Shown here: positions 27,101 to 36,066 of the stretch, piece by piece
Layout: each line of letters begins with the position of its first letter
How positions within the stretch are numbered: position 1 is the stretch's first letter
DNA from: a virus
Length of the DNA: 64,000 nt
Reading direction: 5' to 3' (one strand)
Virus record (IMG/VR): IMGVR_UViG_3300020203_000404
Span: 32,001-96,000 of that record
Translations under genes and position numbers: made by a program
The notes under the pieces: generated by a model
Seen by the model: the letters and a program-made list of their open reading frames with translations, nothing else
What the model was told of the DNA's origin: nothing
The model's database searches: none

Positions 27101-28979
27101 CAAGTCGAATCACTTAGATCCATTGAGTGAACAAAAGAATAGAGCAGGAGGATCTACACAATCTTCGCGTTCGTTTAAGTTTTTGCCCGGACCATTGAAG
27201 GATTCTGATCTACTTATACAATGTAGTGGATTGACATATGGTACTGCTGGTGCTGGTGCCGCTTCAATTACGCCGCCGTTTGCTGTTTCTGGCGTAGAGT
27301 TTGATAGTCCTCAAAATGGTTTCTCGGTTGGCTTCTTGATGTCTCGTAGAGTAGGCACGACAGCAAGTACGGCTAATCCAATGCTTGTTTATGGTTTACT
27401 TGGCTCTAATGTAATTTCCAGCACAACAACAAATTTTAATCGTGGCTGGGCAATTCTTTCTGACGATAACAATAACATCAAAATGGTTATGTCAGTTGGA
27501 GGTGGCGGATACTATGACAACTCTAGTAGTGCCGCACAGTCTGGACAGATAGTCTGTGGTACGTTTAATACTGATTCAATTTACGAGGACAATAGACGCT
27601 TCAATAATTACTTATTTGGTAATATAAAGCCAGCTAGTCTTGACTACTGGAGTCACTATTGCTGGACATACACGCCAACATCCAAAGAATTGGTGTGCTA
27701 TATAAATGGACAAGAGGTAGATCGCAAGGCAACAAAGGTCGCTGTTGATCCGCTAAATGGCGGTCCTCCGTCTGGATTGAATCCTATCGTGCCAGTAAAT
27801 CCTGCCGCACGCATGATTACTTTCTTGACGCATCAGAATGCTAATCCATGGGACTTTAGTGCATCTAATCTTTTAGATGGAGACGGTATCATTACCGACG
27901 TATTCTACTTCTCTCGTGCCATTACAGAACCAGAAGTCAGATACATTTCTCAGAATGGTATTGATGGTGCTGATGGCACTCTTGTTAGCGGCGTCATCGG
28001 CGGTTACATTCTAGGATCTGAATTGGTATCGGGAATCATCGGTGGTTATAATATAGGTCAGGACACTGGTTCGGGAATCATCGGTGGTTATGGCTTTAGT
28101 GCTCTGGATGTGTCCGGTGTCATCGGTGGTTATGGCTTTAGTGCTCTGGATGTGTCCGGTGTCATTGGTGGTTATGTCCGTGGCCTATATACCGTTTCAG
28201 GCATTCTTGGCGGATACATTTATAGTACCGACCAAGCTAGCGGTATCATTGGCGGTTTTGTGATTGGTGGCTTGGTCGCTAACATGCAGTTTGATGGCGG
28301 CTTTACTGTTCAAGCCTTTGCAGCCAAAGACTTCGACTCACAGATCGTTCTTCGCAAAAATACCAATGCAGACTTTGATGCTAAGCTTGTTGTCTTTCAA
28401 GCTGAAACTGGTCCGGTAGTTGATATTGTTATTCCCCAAAAAACTGTTAGTGGCGTTACTGCACCATTTAACCAATACTTTATTGGTGCCGCATCTGGTA
28501 CTCAAGGCAAGTCGATCGTGCAAACACGCTGGACATTCGGTGACTTGACGCCTTCTGTATCAGTTTCCGTAAGTGGTGCCGGTTACTACCCTGTCCAGCA
28601 TTACTATGCTGGTAGCGGTTTCTTCATCGCCAAGTTTGAAGCGATTGACTCAAACGGTATCCATGGTTCGGCTACACGTATCATCAATGCGGCTTCTGGC
28701 ATCAGCCCAGTTATCATCAGCGTGTCTGGTGTGCCTCGTTCTGGTAACGCAGCCTTGACTGTGGACTTCACAACGACTGTAGATGGCTTGCCGCCTGGAG
28801 TTGCAATCAACGCCAGCTTGTTGAGCTTTGACGACGGACAATCGACGATCACCTTCAACCCAACTCACGTCTATACTGAGCCGGGCCAGTATCGCCCAGT
28901 ATGGTGTATTAGAGACAGCAGGGGTGTATATTGGTGTGATAGCTTGGAAGCCGGTAACGATTTCTTGAAAGAGATCTAG
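24180..28979 (+). CDS. Large virion adhesin/fibre protein: 4 LamG/concanavalin-like modules, a 14-aa repeat linker and 2 PKD-like domains
   Basis: Module starts LIGFWPL, LLAYYPF, LMGYWPC, LQGYWRF; module ends RVLNEGEI, RAMLPEEL, GIFDQNEV, RAITEPEV; C-terminal WTFGD and FDDG...PTHVYTEPG. Confidence 0.75.
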   Translation: MVNFLNDGSLIGFWPLNEPSGSPIFLNYSPARSRAPSGISFDFHVAVADTVDDEEVKSVWPGTTTVFNPESGVNYNGYMVQGYWRLGADSSPYSRYLVLGNGCSQVCEQTLSSNVAQSGITVGIWVYPNSDGYLNYYADALPGSFNGETEGARCHTLFTQKQHATLGGWQIGVSGATNNGAQFNSFSSNRQLTAYASIERNTAAPTVLSTPIESGCYTHLTFTFRYINGTADQIVLYKNGRVAASGTSNTGAGGASATTLANTNLIGRALAIGGGDDANVGSSDYGGTCGWNHLVSGAYVFRRVLNEGEILDLHVGATLQPLEGNIKQPIRVELTDDKLLAYYPFRSVGWPDVSKNHRALIGTQDEGSLSYYISVPGPFKGGGMLMNGTSQAESVVATSGLIYDMINSRSWTLSVVAGPVNGLGRDDNMIFSMGSVSASTAGAPAAITTSTFGMALTEMSSPNRIRLSVYPLGDITASVFNIDSATSGYYNSVPCNYAVAYDDSTKGIALYVDGHVQGSGTLEHSLSDQLLRLAGSGYPLMFANGIANTIADANDPGILTAGGRDLYFGPILVMGRAMLPEELMYVAQSGINTTSTWRTPYDSRLMGYWPCSDFKLDDVIVEDRARVWNEFPGNLLRGDTTTKWAAYYALNQRTNQFGTRITPPQLASYGTLGITSGIFGVHGLSAGTANVTDAGAARSSIANFSQRYKPVNVASNIQCQNVLGDFLIGYEVTPSGNIPLTPFGLTGDNVKFEFNSTLSVYGNQAGSSANGELRSFLTTVDAAQGSGVSIVFASRTGTFNAANYVGLVSGVVPYGVPTKILFHSKMDAPYNVNGDTAGSTPLTITLWINGVPVQRRRMTAATARIWTPNAPNATTDDFLLQFGGEAGNDVLTTQISRDGGLGELYMREIFLMRGIFDQNEVEALAVSGIQNPTITGYTPTLSKTQVTVFDSNLQGYWRFNGLAGGGSGTTDLSFKSNHLDPLSEQKNRAGGSTQSSRSFKFLPGPLKDSDLLIQCSGLTYGTAGAGAASITPPFAVSGVEFDSPQNGFSVGFLMSRRVGTTASTANPMLVYGLLGSNVISSTTTNFNRGWAILSDDNNNIKMVMSVGGGGYYDNSSSAAQSGQIVCGTFNTDSIYEDNRRFNNYLFGNIKPASLDYWSHYCWTYTPTSKELVCYINGQEVDRKATKVAVDPLNGGPPSGLNPIVPVNPAARMITFLTHQNANPWDFSASNLLDGDGIITDVFYFSRAITEPEVRYISQNGIDGADGTLVSGVIGGYILGSELVSGIIGGYNIGQDTGSGIIGGYGFSALDVSGVIGGYGFSALDVSGVIGGYVRGLYTVSGILGGYIYSTDQASGIIGGFVIGGLVANMQFDGGFTVQAFAAKDFDSQIVLRKNTNADFDAKLVVFQAETGPVVDIVIPQKTVSGVTAPFNQYFIGAASGTQGKSIVQTRWTFGDLTPSVSVSVSGAGYYPVQHYYAGSGFFIAKFEAIDSNGIHGSATRIINAASGISPVIISVSGVPRSGNAALTVDFTTTVDGLPPGVAINASLLSFDDGQSTITFNPTHVYTEPGQYRPVWCIRDSRGVYWCDSLEAGNDFLKEI
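28081..28164 (+). repeat. Exact 42-bp tandem duplication (2 copies) within 7 x 14-aa SG(I/V)(I/L)GG(Y/F) repeats
   Basis: TCGGTGGTTATGGCTTTAGTGCTCTGGATGTGTCCGGTGTCA at 28081-28122 and 28123-28164. Confidence 0.95.
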
Positions 28980-28981
28980 AG

Positions 28982-31900
28982 ATGAATATTCTAGTGTCAG
29001 ATGGTATTGTAGTCAGCGGCGTGGGAGTGCCGCTGAATGGCGTTGCGTTCCCTTCTGGTCAGTTTGGATTTGGTGTACCGGGTTCTAAACTCGCTGCCTT
29101 CTTATCGTCAGCAAATGCTGCGTTTGGTTTCAATGTCACGCCTCATAATTTACAAACAGAATGGGTACCAGTTGGGCCTTCTGAAACTTTTCATGGAGCT
29201 AGTGGACAGTTACCTGAAATTGGCAAACCAATGGAAGTGTTCATTGGTGACTTCTATTTCCGTGGAAGTGTAGTTCATTCGGATTATACGACTGGTATGG
29301 GAGGAACTGTCGTCAGCGTCACTCTTGAAGACGATCGTCGTAATTTGCGTCGTGTCAAAATTCATACGGAAGATCTTGGACAAAGTGTTCCAAGCGGAGT
29401 GGTTTCCGTCGCAAGAGCATTTCGTATTTTGAATGGTCTTGAAGACATTAATGGTAATCCATCGGAACCGCTTGTAAAAGAATATGATCGTATTTTGCAA
29501 TTTGGTGGCACGTACGACCAAATCTTGGCTGCAATCGACCTCACCTATAACGAAGGCAATTTATCTGTTCCGGTCTCTATTCTTCCAACTGTAGAACATA
29601 TCGAGAAGAACATTGGCGGTACAATCACAGCTATACGTTTTCAGTTCAACCTTGATCCCTTAGATGATGTATTATCACGTATTCTTTTAGATACTGGTTA
29701 CGACTGGTACTGGAATATGGACGCTCAGCGTGTAGCCCTCGTCAACAAGAAGGTTCAGTTTGATATCAGTGAAGCTGAAATTCTGAACTTGGTGTCGCAA
29801 TTTGGTAGCCAGTCTGGCTTAAACGAAACTAAGCAACTTGGCTTTGGTCATGACGTTGTGCCGGATCCTACACGTTTTCGTGTTCTTGGCGGTCACCAAG
29901 AAGGCTTCATTAATTCTGAATTACTTAGTCCGATTGACGGAATGGAAACGTCCGCACTTGATGGGAATGTTGTGTTCTCAAAAGCTTGGGACAAGTTGAG
30001 CGTTGGCTTTTATGATGCCGATGGATACTTTCGTACGTACATGCCCACTGAGAAAGAGTTACAGCTTGCACTTGCTGGTATTGAGCAATGGACGTACTAC
30101 AAAATCTATCAAACGCCTAGCGGCACGGCTAATCCACCGGGGTATGGCTTTCCGCCTGACAATGGTTCTATTGCCGCTCAAAATTCATCGTTCCAAAGTC
30201 GCTTAGATCCGAACATGCCGCTCGCCGGTATTGCTACTGGTGCAGCCGAATCTGGTCTACGAGTGATCAGTAATCGTAGAGATCAAGAGCAAAACTGGGT
30301 TATTGCATTCTACAATAGAATTCGTGACCATGCTTCGCGTCACTATGGTCGTTCGTACGTGGTTGAAGGACTACTATATAATCAAGCTTCTGGCTTGTTT
30401 CAGCTTGTTGACGCTGCCTGGGCGAACGTTGAAAATCAAGTACAAGGCTATTCGCTGTCCGCCTCTGGCACCGTGACTACGAGTGGCGTATTCGTTGAAG
30501 ACTACGAGATTAATCGCGGTCTCGGACCTGTGAGCCCATTCGTGACCGAAGACTTTAGGGTGCGTGCGTATTGCGTGCTGCCACAAAGCACTGTGTATGG
30601 TCCACTTGGAGATGACAATCCAGCGAGCTTTGCCAATTGGACAGAAGACGCACCGCCATTTAATCCAAGTGGTGATGGCAGACACTATATTCCCGTGACA
30701 TTGCAAGACGTTGGAGATCGTGTAATAGATCCGCACAGCGAAGCAGATCTTTACGGTTTCGAGTCATATCCCAAGGGAACATTACTGTGTCAATTGCCGA
30801 TTAATGCTGGTCCATCTGGCGGCATTGTCAATGACGGCATTATCTTTAACTTGGCGACGATGTTGACTACTATCAACAAGTTGACTGGTTCTGGACTACT
30901 AGACATTATTAATCCATCTCAGGTATTGAATGTGTACGACGCACTTTCTGGCGTCGCAATTCCCGTACAGTCTCGTCTTCGTTATGGACAAACATATCCA
31001 AGTCAGTGGGTTTTGGGCGATCTTCATTATGAACGTCACGAAGATATACAGCTAGACGATCAGTTTGTTCCGTGGGCATTCTCTCCCGAGGGCAATCAAA
31101 CGTCACTGGCTATTATGACAGATCGTGCTATTCGTCGCGTAGAAGGCAAGATTGTTCCCAAGTCTTCTTCTCGTTATGCTGACTTCCAGCAAGTTGGACT
31201 CCCGCTCTTGTCGTTTGATGCATTTGCGGAACAAAACATTGGTCCTTCTGGACTGTACGGTGAAATTTCGCACGGCGTCAGTGAACTCAATATCAGTTTT
31301 GGCATCGACGGCTTCGTTACACGTTACAAGATTCAGTCGTATTATCCTAAGTTTGGTCGCGATGCCCCGCTTGGCGAGCGAGTTCGTGCCCAACTCAATG
31401 GCATTCTGAATCCGATCGACTTTGCCGACTTGGCACTACTTGATCCCAATCCAGGTAGAGCCAGCAATACCACGTTGCCGGGCGATACATTTGTACCGCC
31501 GATCTTCTTTGACTCTGAGCAGAACGCCGTTCGTGTAACGATTACCGAAGTCAACAACATTTTCTCTCTTTCAAGCATACCTGGAACGGAAGTCGATGAA
31601 CGCTATCGTGGTATCGACCAGCAGGCTTACGTGAAGCCACCATTGGCTCTTAGCTCTTCGAATATCGACTTCCGTGAAGGGGCAATTTGTATTGATGGAT
31701 TCTTAAACATTGATGATAAAGCCGTATATCACACCGATAACTTCCAATTGCCAGATGGCAATACCATTCTACGTTACTTTACGCAAGGTCGCCCCTTTGC
31801 TAATGGTACTATTGTTCAGATCGAGCGTGTGAATCCAAGCAACACAGCCAACTATGACGTGACATTTGTAGGGGGCACTGGATCTAGAGCGATCTTCAAT

Positions 31901-32299
31901 CTGCCAGTCTTGAATGGCACCGTCCAAGTTGGAGCTAAGACTACGCTGGCTGCACAGGGGAATGCCAAAGTCACTCCTGGTGATACTATTGGTACTATCT
32001 ACTTGAACGGTACGGCTTCAAGTGCAGCGGGAGTCGTGCCCGTTGAAATCACTGCGGTAGCAAACCAAGGATCGCCGCTCGCCAAGGCCATCTGTCGTCC
32101 GCTTGACCACAACGGTCAAGTGGTGACATCTGGAACGCTGTACGCGGACGTGGTGCCCATTCCGTATCCTCAGTTCGCCGCATCTGGTGATAGAGGGTTC
32201 TTGGCACAGGCTATCGTGCCAAGTGGCATGGGTGGACTTGCTACAGTAAACTTCATCGAAATCGTTCGTCCTGCAATGCAGAACTTCGGTATCTTCTAA
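28982..32299 (+). CDS. Large tail-tip/baseplate hub-like structural protein
   Basis: 1105 aa; LDDVLSRILLDTGYDWYW segment resembling hub proteins; context. Confidence 0.55.
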   Translation: MNILVSDGIVVSGVGVPLNGVAFPSGQFGFGVPGSKLAAFLSSANAAFGFNVTPHNLQTEWVPVGPSETFHGASGQLPEIGKPMEVFIGDFYFRGSVVHSDYTTGMGGTVVSVTLEDDRRNLRRVKIHTEDLGQSVPSGVVSVARAFRILNGLEDINGNPSEPLVKEYDRILQFGGTYDQILAAIDLTYNEGNLSVPVSILPTVEHIEKNIGGTITAIRFQFNLDPLDDVLSRILLDTGYDWYWNMDAQRVALVNKKVQFDISEAEILNLVSQFGSQSGLNETKQLGFGHDVVPDPTRFRVLGGHQEGFINSELLSPIDGMETSALDGNVVFSKAWDKLSVGFYDADGYFRTYMPTEKELQLALAGIEQWTYYKIYQTPSGTANPPGYGFPPDNGSIAAQNSSFQSRLDPNMPLAGIATGAAESGLRVISNRRDQEQNWVIAFYNRIRDHASRHYGRSYVVEGLLYNQASGLFQLVDAAWANVENQVQGYSLSASGTVTTSGVFVEDYEINRGLGPVSPFVTEDFRVRAYCVLPQSTVYGPLGDDNPASFANWTEDAPPFNPSGDGRHYIPVTLQDVGDRVIDPHSEADLYGFESYPKGTLLCQLPINAGPSGGIVNDGIIFNLATMLTTINKLTGSGLLDIINPSQVLNVYDALSGVAIPVQSRLRYGQTYPSQWVLGDLHYERHEDIQLDDQFVPWAFSPEGNQTSLAIMTDRAIRRVEGKIVPKSSSRYADFQQVGLPLLSFDAFAEQNIGPSGLYGEISHGVSELNISFGIDGFVTRYKIQSYYPKFGRDAPLGERVRAQLNGILNPIDFADLALLDPNPGRASNTTLPGDTFVPPIFFDSEQNAVRVTITEVNNIFSLSSIPGTEVDERYRGIDQQAYVKPPLALSSSNIDFREGAICIDGFLNIDDKAVYHTDNFQLPDGNTILRYFTQGRPFANGTIVQIERVNPSNTANYDVTFVGGTGSRAIFNLPVLNGTVQVGAKTTLAAQGNAKVTPGDTIGTIYLNGTASSAAGVVPVEITAVANQGSPLAKAICRPLDHNGQVVTSGTLYADVVPIPYPQFAASGDRGFLAQAIVPSGMGGLATVNFIEIVRPAMQNFGIF

Positions 32300-34221
32300 T
32301 GCCAGTGCTCCAGTCAGGAGTTATTCCGTATGGGTATGTTGTGCCCGGTCCAGTCAAGACAGCGACACACGCACCCGGCAGTTTCCTTCAACCATCTGGT
32401 TTGCTTTTCGAGCAAGCCGCATGGGTGTTGATGGCAGAACTACGTCGTTACAACGCTTCGGGCATGTTCAACACAGCGGAAGTGGTTGGTATTCCAACAC
32501 TCAACAACTACCCAGATCGTCGTTTTCCAGTCAATGGATTGTATGATCCTTCGCCGATTGGAGCGAATCTTGGTTCGTACACGCCAGCGTTCTTGCAGAA
32601 CTCAACTAACATCGGCAGCATCCGAAGCTTGATGTTGAACCTATTCTTTGGCCCAGCCGGTATTGGTGGTCTTGGTAGAGCCGTGGCTGAAGATTGGTTC
32701 TTGGAAACGTTCCGTAATCATCCACGCGGCACAGTATCCAATCCATTTTTCAGTCAGGACATTTTTGCTCATCCAATTTCAGAAAATGGTACGGCGGTCG
32801 TTGGCGAGCTGCTTATTAATCCGTTAACGGAAGAAGATACTTTCTTTACCGGCAGGCCATATTATCCTTTGGGATCGTCTGGCGTGATATACGATATTGA
32901 CATGTCCGAGTTGATGTATCAGCCGTGGCCACGACTGACGACCAATGCCTTTAGTAATGGAACTTCAATTTTTGGTGGCGGTTCAGCACCTATTTTTCCA
33001 CAATTTCAGACTACTGCTGGTGCATTAATTGCGGTAAGTAATGCTGGTTTTACAAAATTTTGGAATGATGGCAACTTTGCCATTCGCGGTGATTTAATTC
33101 TTCCGGGTACAGAACTACTCATTACTCAAGTAAATGATTTTAGTGCCGGTAATTTGATAGCACAGCTATCTTTTGTAGAGCCTGGATTAGCTCCATTGCC
33201 ATCATTTGACAACAATTTATCTACAATCGCAGAGGGGGCGTTCACCCCCACTTCATTGGCTGCTGGATCATATAGAATGGGTATTCGTTTACCAAAATCA
33301 GTCAACGTCAACGTTGTAATACCATCTGGTATTCGCACATCTGTATTTCCAGTTATCAATTTGACAACTGATACTGGATTACATGTTTTTAGTGACGCAC
33401 TTTTCTTAGAAACCAATACAGCAGCCGCCGTTCTCTCTCCTATTACGCAGGATTTTAAACACGATTGCTTAGCAGAGGGTACAATTGCAGCCCCCACATG
33501 GCGACAGGTCATGGGTCTAGTACGTGTGACGGCTAATGAACTAGTCAAGACTGGTAGTGCTGTTCATCAGACGGCGTTCAACATAGCGACCGGGGAACAG
33601 ACGCTTGATATTGGGTTTGTAACATTTGATGATGTTGTCAATCGCGTATCTGTCGCTTCTGGTTCCGTTGTTTTGCCAACAGATGATGGTCTCGGCTTCC
33701 CACCATTTGCTAATCCGGCCCTTTTCGACGGATCTATACGATTATCAGATTGGTTTACTCATAACAACGCTGGCTATCTCATTGAAAAAAGTAGTACACG
33801 TATACATAGATTTACTGGGTCTCCCATGGCTTATGATAGTACCATTCATAATGTCACTCCCATATTCCCATTTGGAGGCTCTATGAATGGTGACCTATGG
33901 ACGTTCGGTGACACGGGAGACAATCGTTTTTTGAATGTGACTGGTGGATTTGTCACAAAAACATTTGACGTGACAACAAATTTTCCAGCATTAAGTACAA
34001 CCAATCTTATCCTGCATAGCGTATGGCAAGTTTCTGGTGCAGTAAATGTGACTAATGGAATTTATGTCTTGTGGAGTGCTACATCTGGTGGATTACGCAC
34101 ATATAAAATTTCACGCATGATTGAACGAGCGACAACATTTGAAGTGCTTCAAAATCTTGTGTCAAAAGCGACAGGCACAACCCTGAGGGACAACACACAT
34201 ATTTGGTGGAGGACCATTTAG
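32299..34221 (+). CDS. Virion protein, possible receptor-binding protein
   Basis: 640 aa, beta-rich; last gene of the tail operon. Confidence 0.5.
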   Translation: MPVLQSGVIPYGYVVPGPVKTATHAPGSFLQPSGLLFEQAAWVLMAELRRYNASGMFNTAEVVGIPTLNNYPDRRFPVNGLYDPSPIGANLGSYTPAFLQNSTNIGSIRSLMLNLFFGPAGIGGLGRAVAEDWFLETFRNHPRGTVSNPFFSQDIFAHPISENGTAVVGELLINPLTEEDTFFTGRPYYPLGSSGVIYDIDMSELMYQPWPRLTTNAFSNGTSIFGGGSAPIFPQFQTTAGALIAVSNAGFTKFWNDGNFAIRGDLILPGTELLITQVNDFSAGNLIAQLSFVEPGLAPLPSFDNNLSTIAEGAFTPTSLAAGSYRMGIRLPKSVNVNVVIPSGIRTSVFPVINLTTDTGLHVFSDALFLETNTAAAVLSPITQDFKHDCLAEGTIAAPTWRQVMGLVRVTANELVKTGSAVHQTAFNIATGEQTLDIGFVTFDDVVNRVSVASGSVVLPTDDGLGFPPFANPALFDGSIRLSDWFTHNNAGYLIEKSSTRIHRFTGSPMAYDSTIHNVTPIFPFGGSMNGDLWTFGDTGDNRFLNVTGGFVTKTFDVTTNFPALSTTNLILHSVWQVSGAVNVTNGIYVLWSATSGGLRTYKISRMIERATTFEVLQNLVSKATGTTLRDNTHIWWRTI

Positions 34222-34227
34222 TGTATT
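34217..34227 (+). promoter_or_regulatory. Candidate late-promoter motif TTTAGTGTATT (exact)
   Basis: Exact 11-mer; its TAG is the stop codon of the upstream gene. Confidence 0.6.
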
Positions 34228-34392
34228 GTCCATAGCGTTGGTATCCACCATAGCTTACTCGGCTCAAGACGTTCCCGCATAGGGATAGCTACAGCCATTT
34301 TAAGGCCGTAGTATGTCTAACTTAGATTTGTGTCCGAATCGAGTCAAGGGGCGTAAACTCTTGGCGTGTGCCGATCAGAAAGAGGTAGCATT

Positions 34393-35052
34393 ATGGTAAG
34401 CGGAATTCGTTTTTTTGCATGCTCTGGTGCTATGGGCGGTACGCCCAGTACACGAGCGACACCCAATCTTGAGATTTTCAATCTCGAAGCTGGAGCTACA
34501 AACAACCCCAATCGTATGGGCTTTTTCGGATCCGCTGGTGCTCCGAATAGTGCCGTGATTGTTGGTCGGTACCAAGATCGCACTCACCGTTGTGACGAGA
34601 CTGGCGTTGACTTCGGCACGATGATCAACGTTAAGTTTACGGGAGCAAGCACTGCTAGTGTATCTGGCGTGCCATTTACAGCCGGTCTCACTAACATTCC
34701 TTCGATTTCTGGAACGCTTTTGTGTCGTTTCATCGAGCCGAACAACACTGCTGTCGTCACGCAGAATGCAACATTCCGTGCTATTGGCTTGACGCCTGGG
34801 TCTGGTGCTCCAGACGTTGACAATCTCGTGAGTGCTGGTATTTTGATCAAGGCCGCTCAACTTCAAGATACGCAAGGCTTTGCTGGAAATGCTTCGTGGC
34901 AAAACATTGACAGTAGCGGCTCTGCACTAGCTCTTCAAGCTCAGTTGAGTGCTCAATCAGTTCATGACTACCATCTTATTATCAGTGGTACGCCGACTGC
35001 TGCTGGACGTAAGATCAACTTTGCGTACTTGTTATTGTTAGAGTATTTGTAA
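34393..35052 (+). CDS. Probable virion structural protein (219 aa)
   Basis: RBS AGAGG, ATG 34393; small-residue beta-rich composition. Confidence 0.6.
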   Translation: MVSGIRFFACSGAMGGTPSTRATPNLEIFNLEAGATNNPNRMGFFGSAGAPNSAVIVGRYQDRTHRCDETGVDFGTMINVKFTGASTASVSGVPFTAGLTNIPSISGTLLCRFIEPNNTAVVTQNATFRAIGLTPGSGAPDVDNLVSAGILIKAAQLQDTQGFAGNASWQNIDSSGSALALQAQLSAQSVHDYHLIISGTPTAAGRKINFAYLLLLEYL

Positions 35053-35104
35053 GCAACGTCCAGAGGCGTTAAACTCTATCTTGATGCGTGGCAACATTTT
35101 GTGA

Positions 35105-35133
35105 TAGACGAGTCTATGTCTGTTGGTCATAAT
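35105..35133 (+). promoter_or_regulatory. Possible sigma70-type promoter for the replication module
   Basis: TAGACG-17 nt-CATAAT at the structural/replication boundary. Confidence 0.35.
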
Positions 35134-35170
35134 GTAGTGTCAATCACGAAGATGATTTTCACTCGTGGAC

Positions 35171-35632
35171 ATGATCAATATGCTGGCATTCTCTTCAAAA
35201 CATCCATTTGTTCCTAATCCTGCGAAGGATCCGACCGTTAGTCGTTGGATTGCCTCCCTCTCTGACGGTACAACCGTTTTCGAGGACGTTATGCCAGGAG
35301 AACGAACGGCCTGGGTTCGTCTTAGCGAGTACGTTAAGGTTCATAAGCTCAAGCTCACGAATCTACGACTAGAAGCGTACAGTCGTCGTGTTATACTTAT
35401 GCCTTATCGAGACGATAGTGGCAATCCCCAGATTAATGGCTACTGGCAATCCAAGAAGGCTGGGGCATTGCTGAATGCAACACAGGTCGGCCAGATTAAT
35501 TGGGTTGGCATTGGTCTGATTAAAGGTCGCGAAATTCATGTGACGTGGATTGATCATGCTGGCAACGTCTCCTACGAAATAAAGCCGTACAGCGAGACTA
35601 ATCTCGCGTGCATAGTGAACGACGCAGTATGA
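35171..35632 (+). CDS. Hypothetical protein
   Basis: ORF coupled to the next gene (ATGA). Confidence 0.7.
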   Translation: MINMLAFSSKHPFVPNPAKDPTVSRWIASLSDGTTVFEDVMPGERTAWVRLSEYVKVHKLKLTNLRLEAYSRRVILMPYRDDSGNPQINGYWQSKKAGALLNATQVGQINWVGIGLIKGREIHVTWIDHAGNVSYEIKPYSETNLACIVNDAV

Positions 35633-36066
35633 AGTACGAGTCGCTTACAACGCCCGGAATTGAGCATGATGAAGCCAATATTCTCACGGAGATGCTGTGG
35701 CTGAATCGTGATCTACGCTCAGCCATCTTCCCGTGGCGTGGCGACAACGGCAAAGAGTGGGGTCGATTCGTCGCGGCCTTCAAGAAGCTCATGGGGCCAT
35801 CGTTTGGCCTATCCTCCGAGCAACTTGCTTTCTACGTTTTCAAGTGTAAGCCGCACTACATAAATCCACCAGAGTTTGCCAAGATGGCTGTCGTAGCCCG
35901 CAAGCTGTTTAGACGCTATAACATAGACGAAGTATGTAGACTCTATTCCGATCAACGCCGCGAGTCCATGAAGCCCGGACTTGAAAAGGCGTCATACAAG
36001 CAAGAAAAACCGAAGTCATTCCTGACTTTTTTGAAGGAGCTAGAACGTGGCGAAGTCAAAGACTGA
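35629..36066 (+). CDS. Hypothetical protein
   Basis: ATGA overlap; its 3' end holds the RBS of the recA-like gene. Confidence 0.7.
   Translation: MKYESLTTPGIEHDEANILTEMLWLNRDLRSAIFPWRGDNGKEWGRFVAAFKKLMGPSFGLSSEQLAFYVFKCKPHYINPPEFAKMAVVARKLFRRYNIDEVCRLYSDQRRESMKPGLEKASYKQEKPKSFLTFLKELERGEVKD

Noticed and set aside
28081-28164. 42-bp repeats as a CRISPR array
   Set aside because: Adjacent in-frame tandem copies without spacers, inside a CDS
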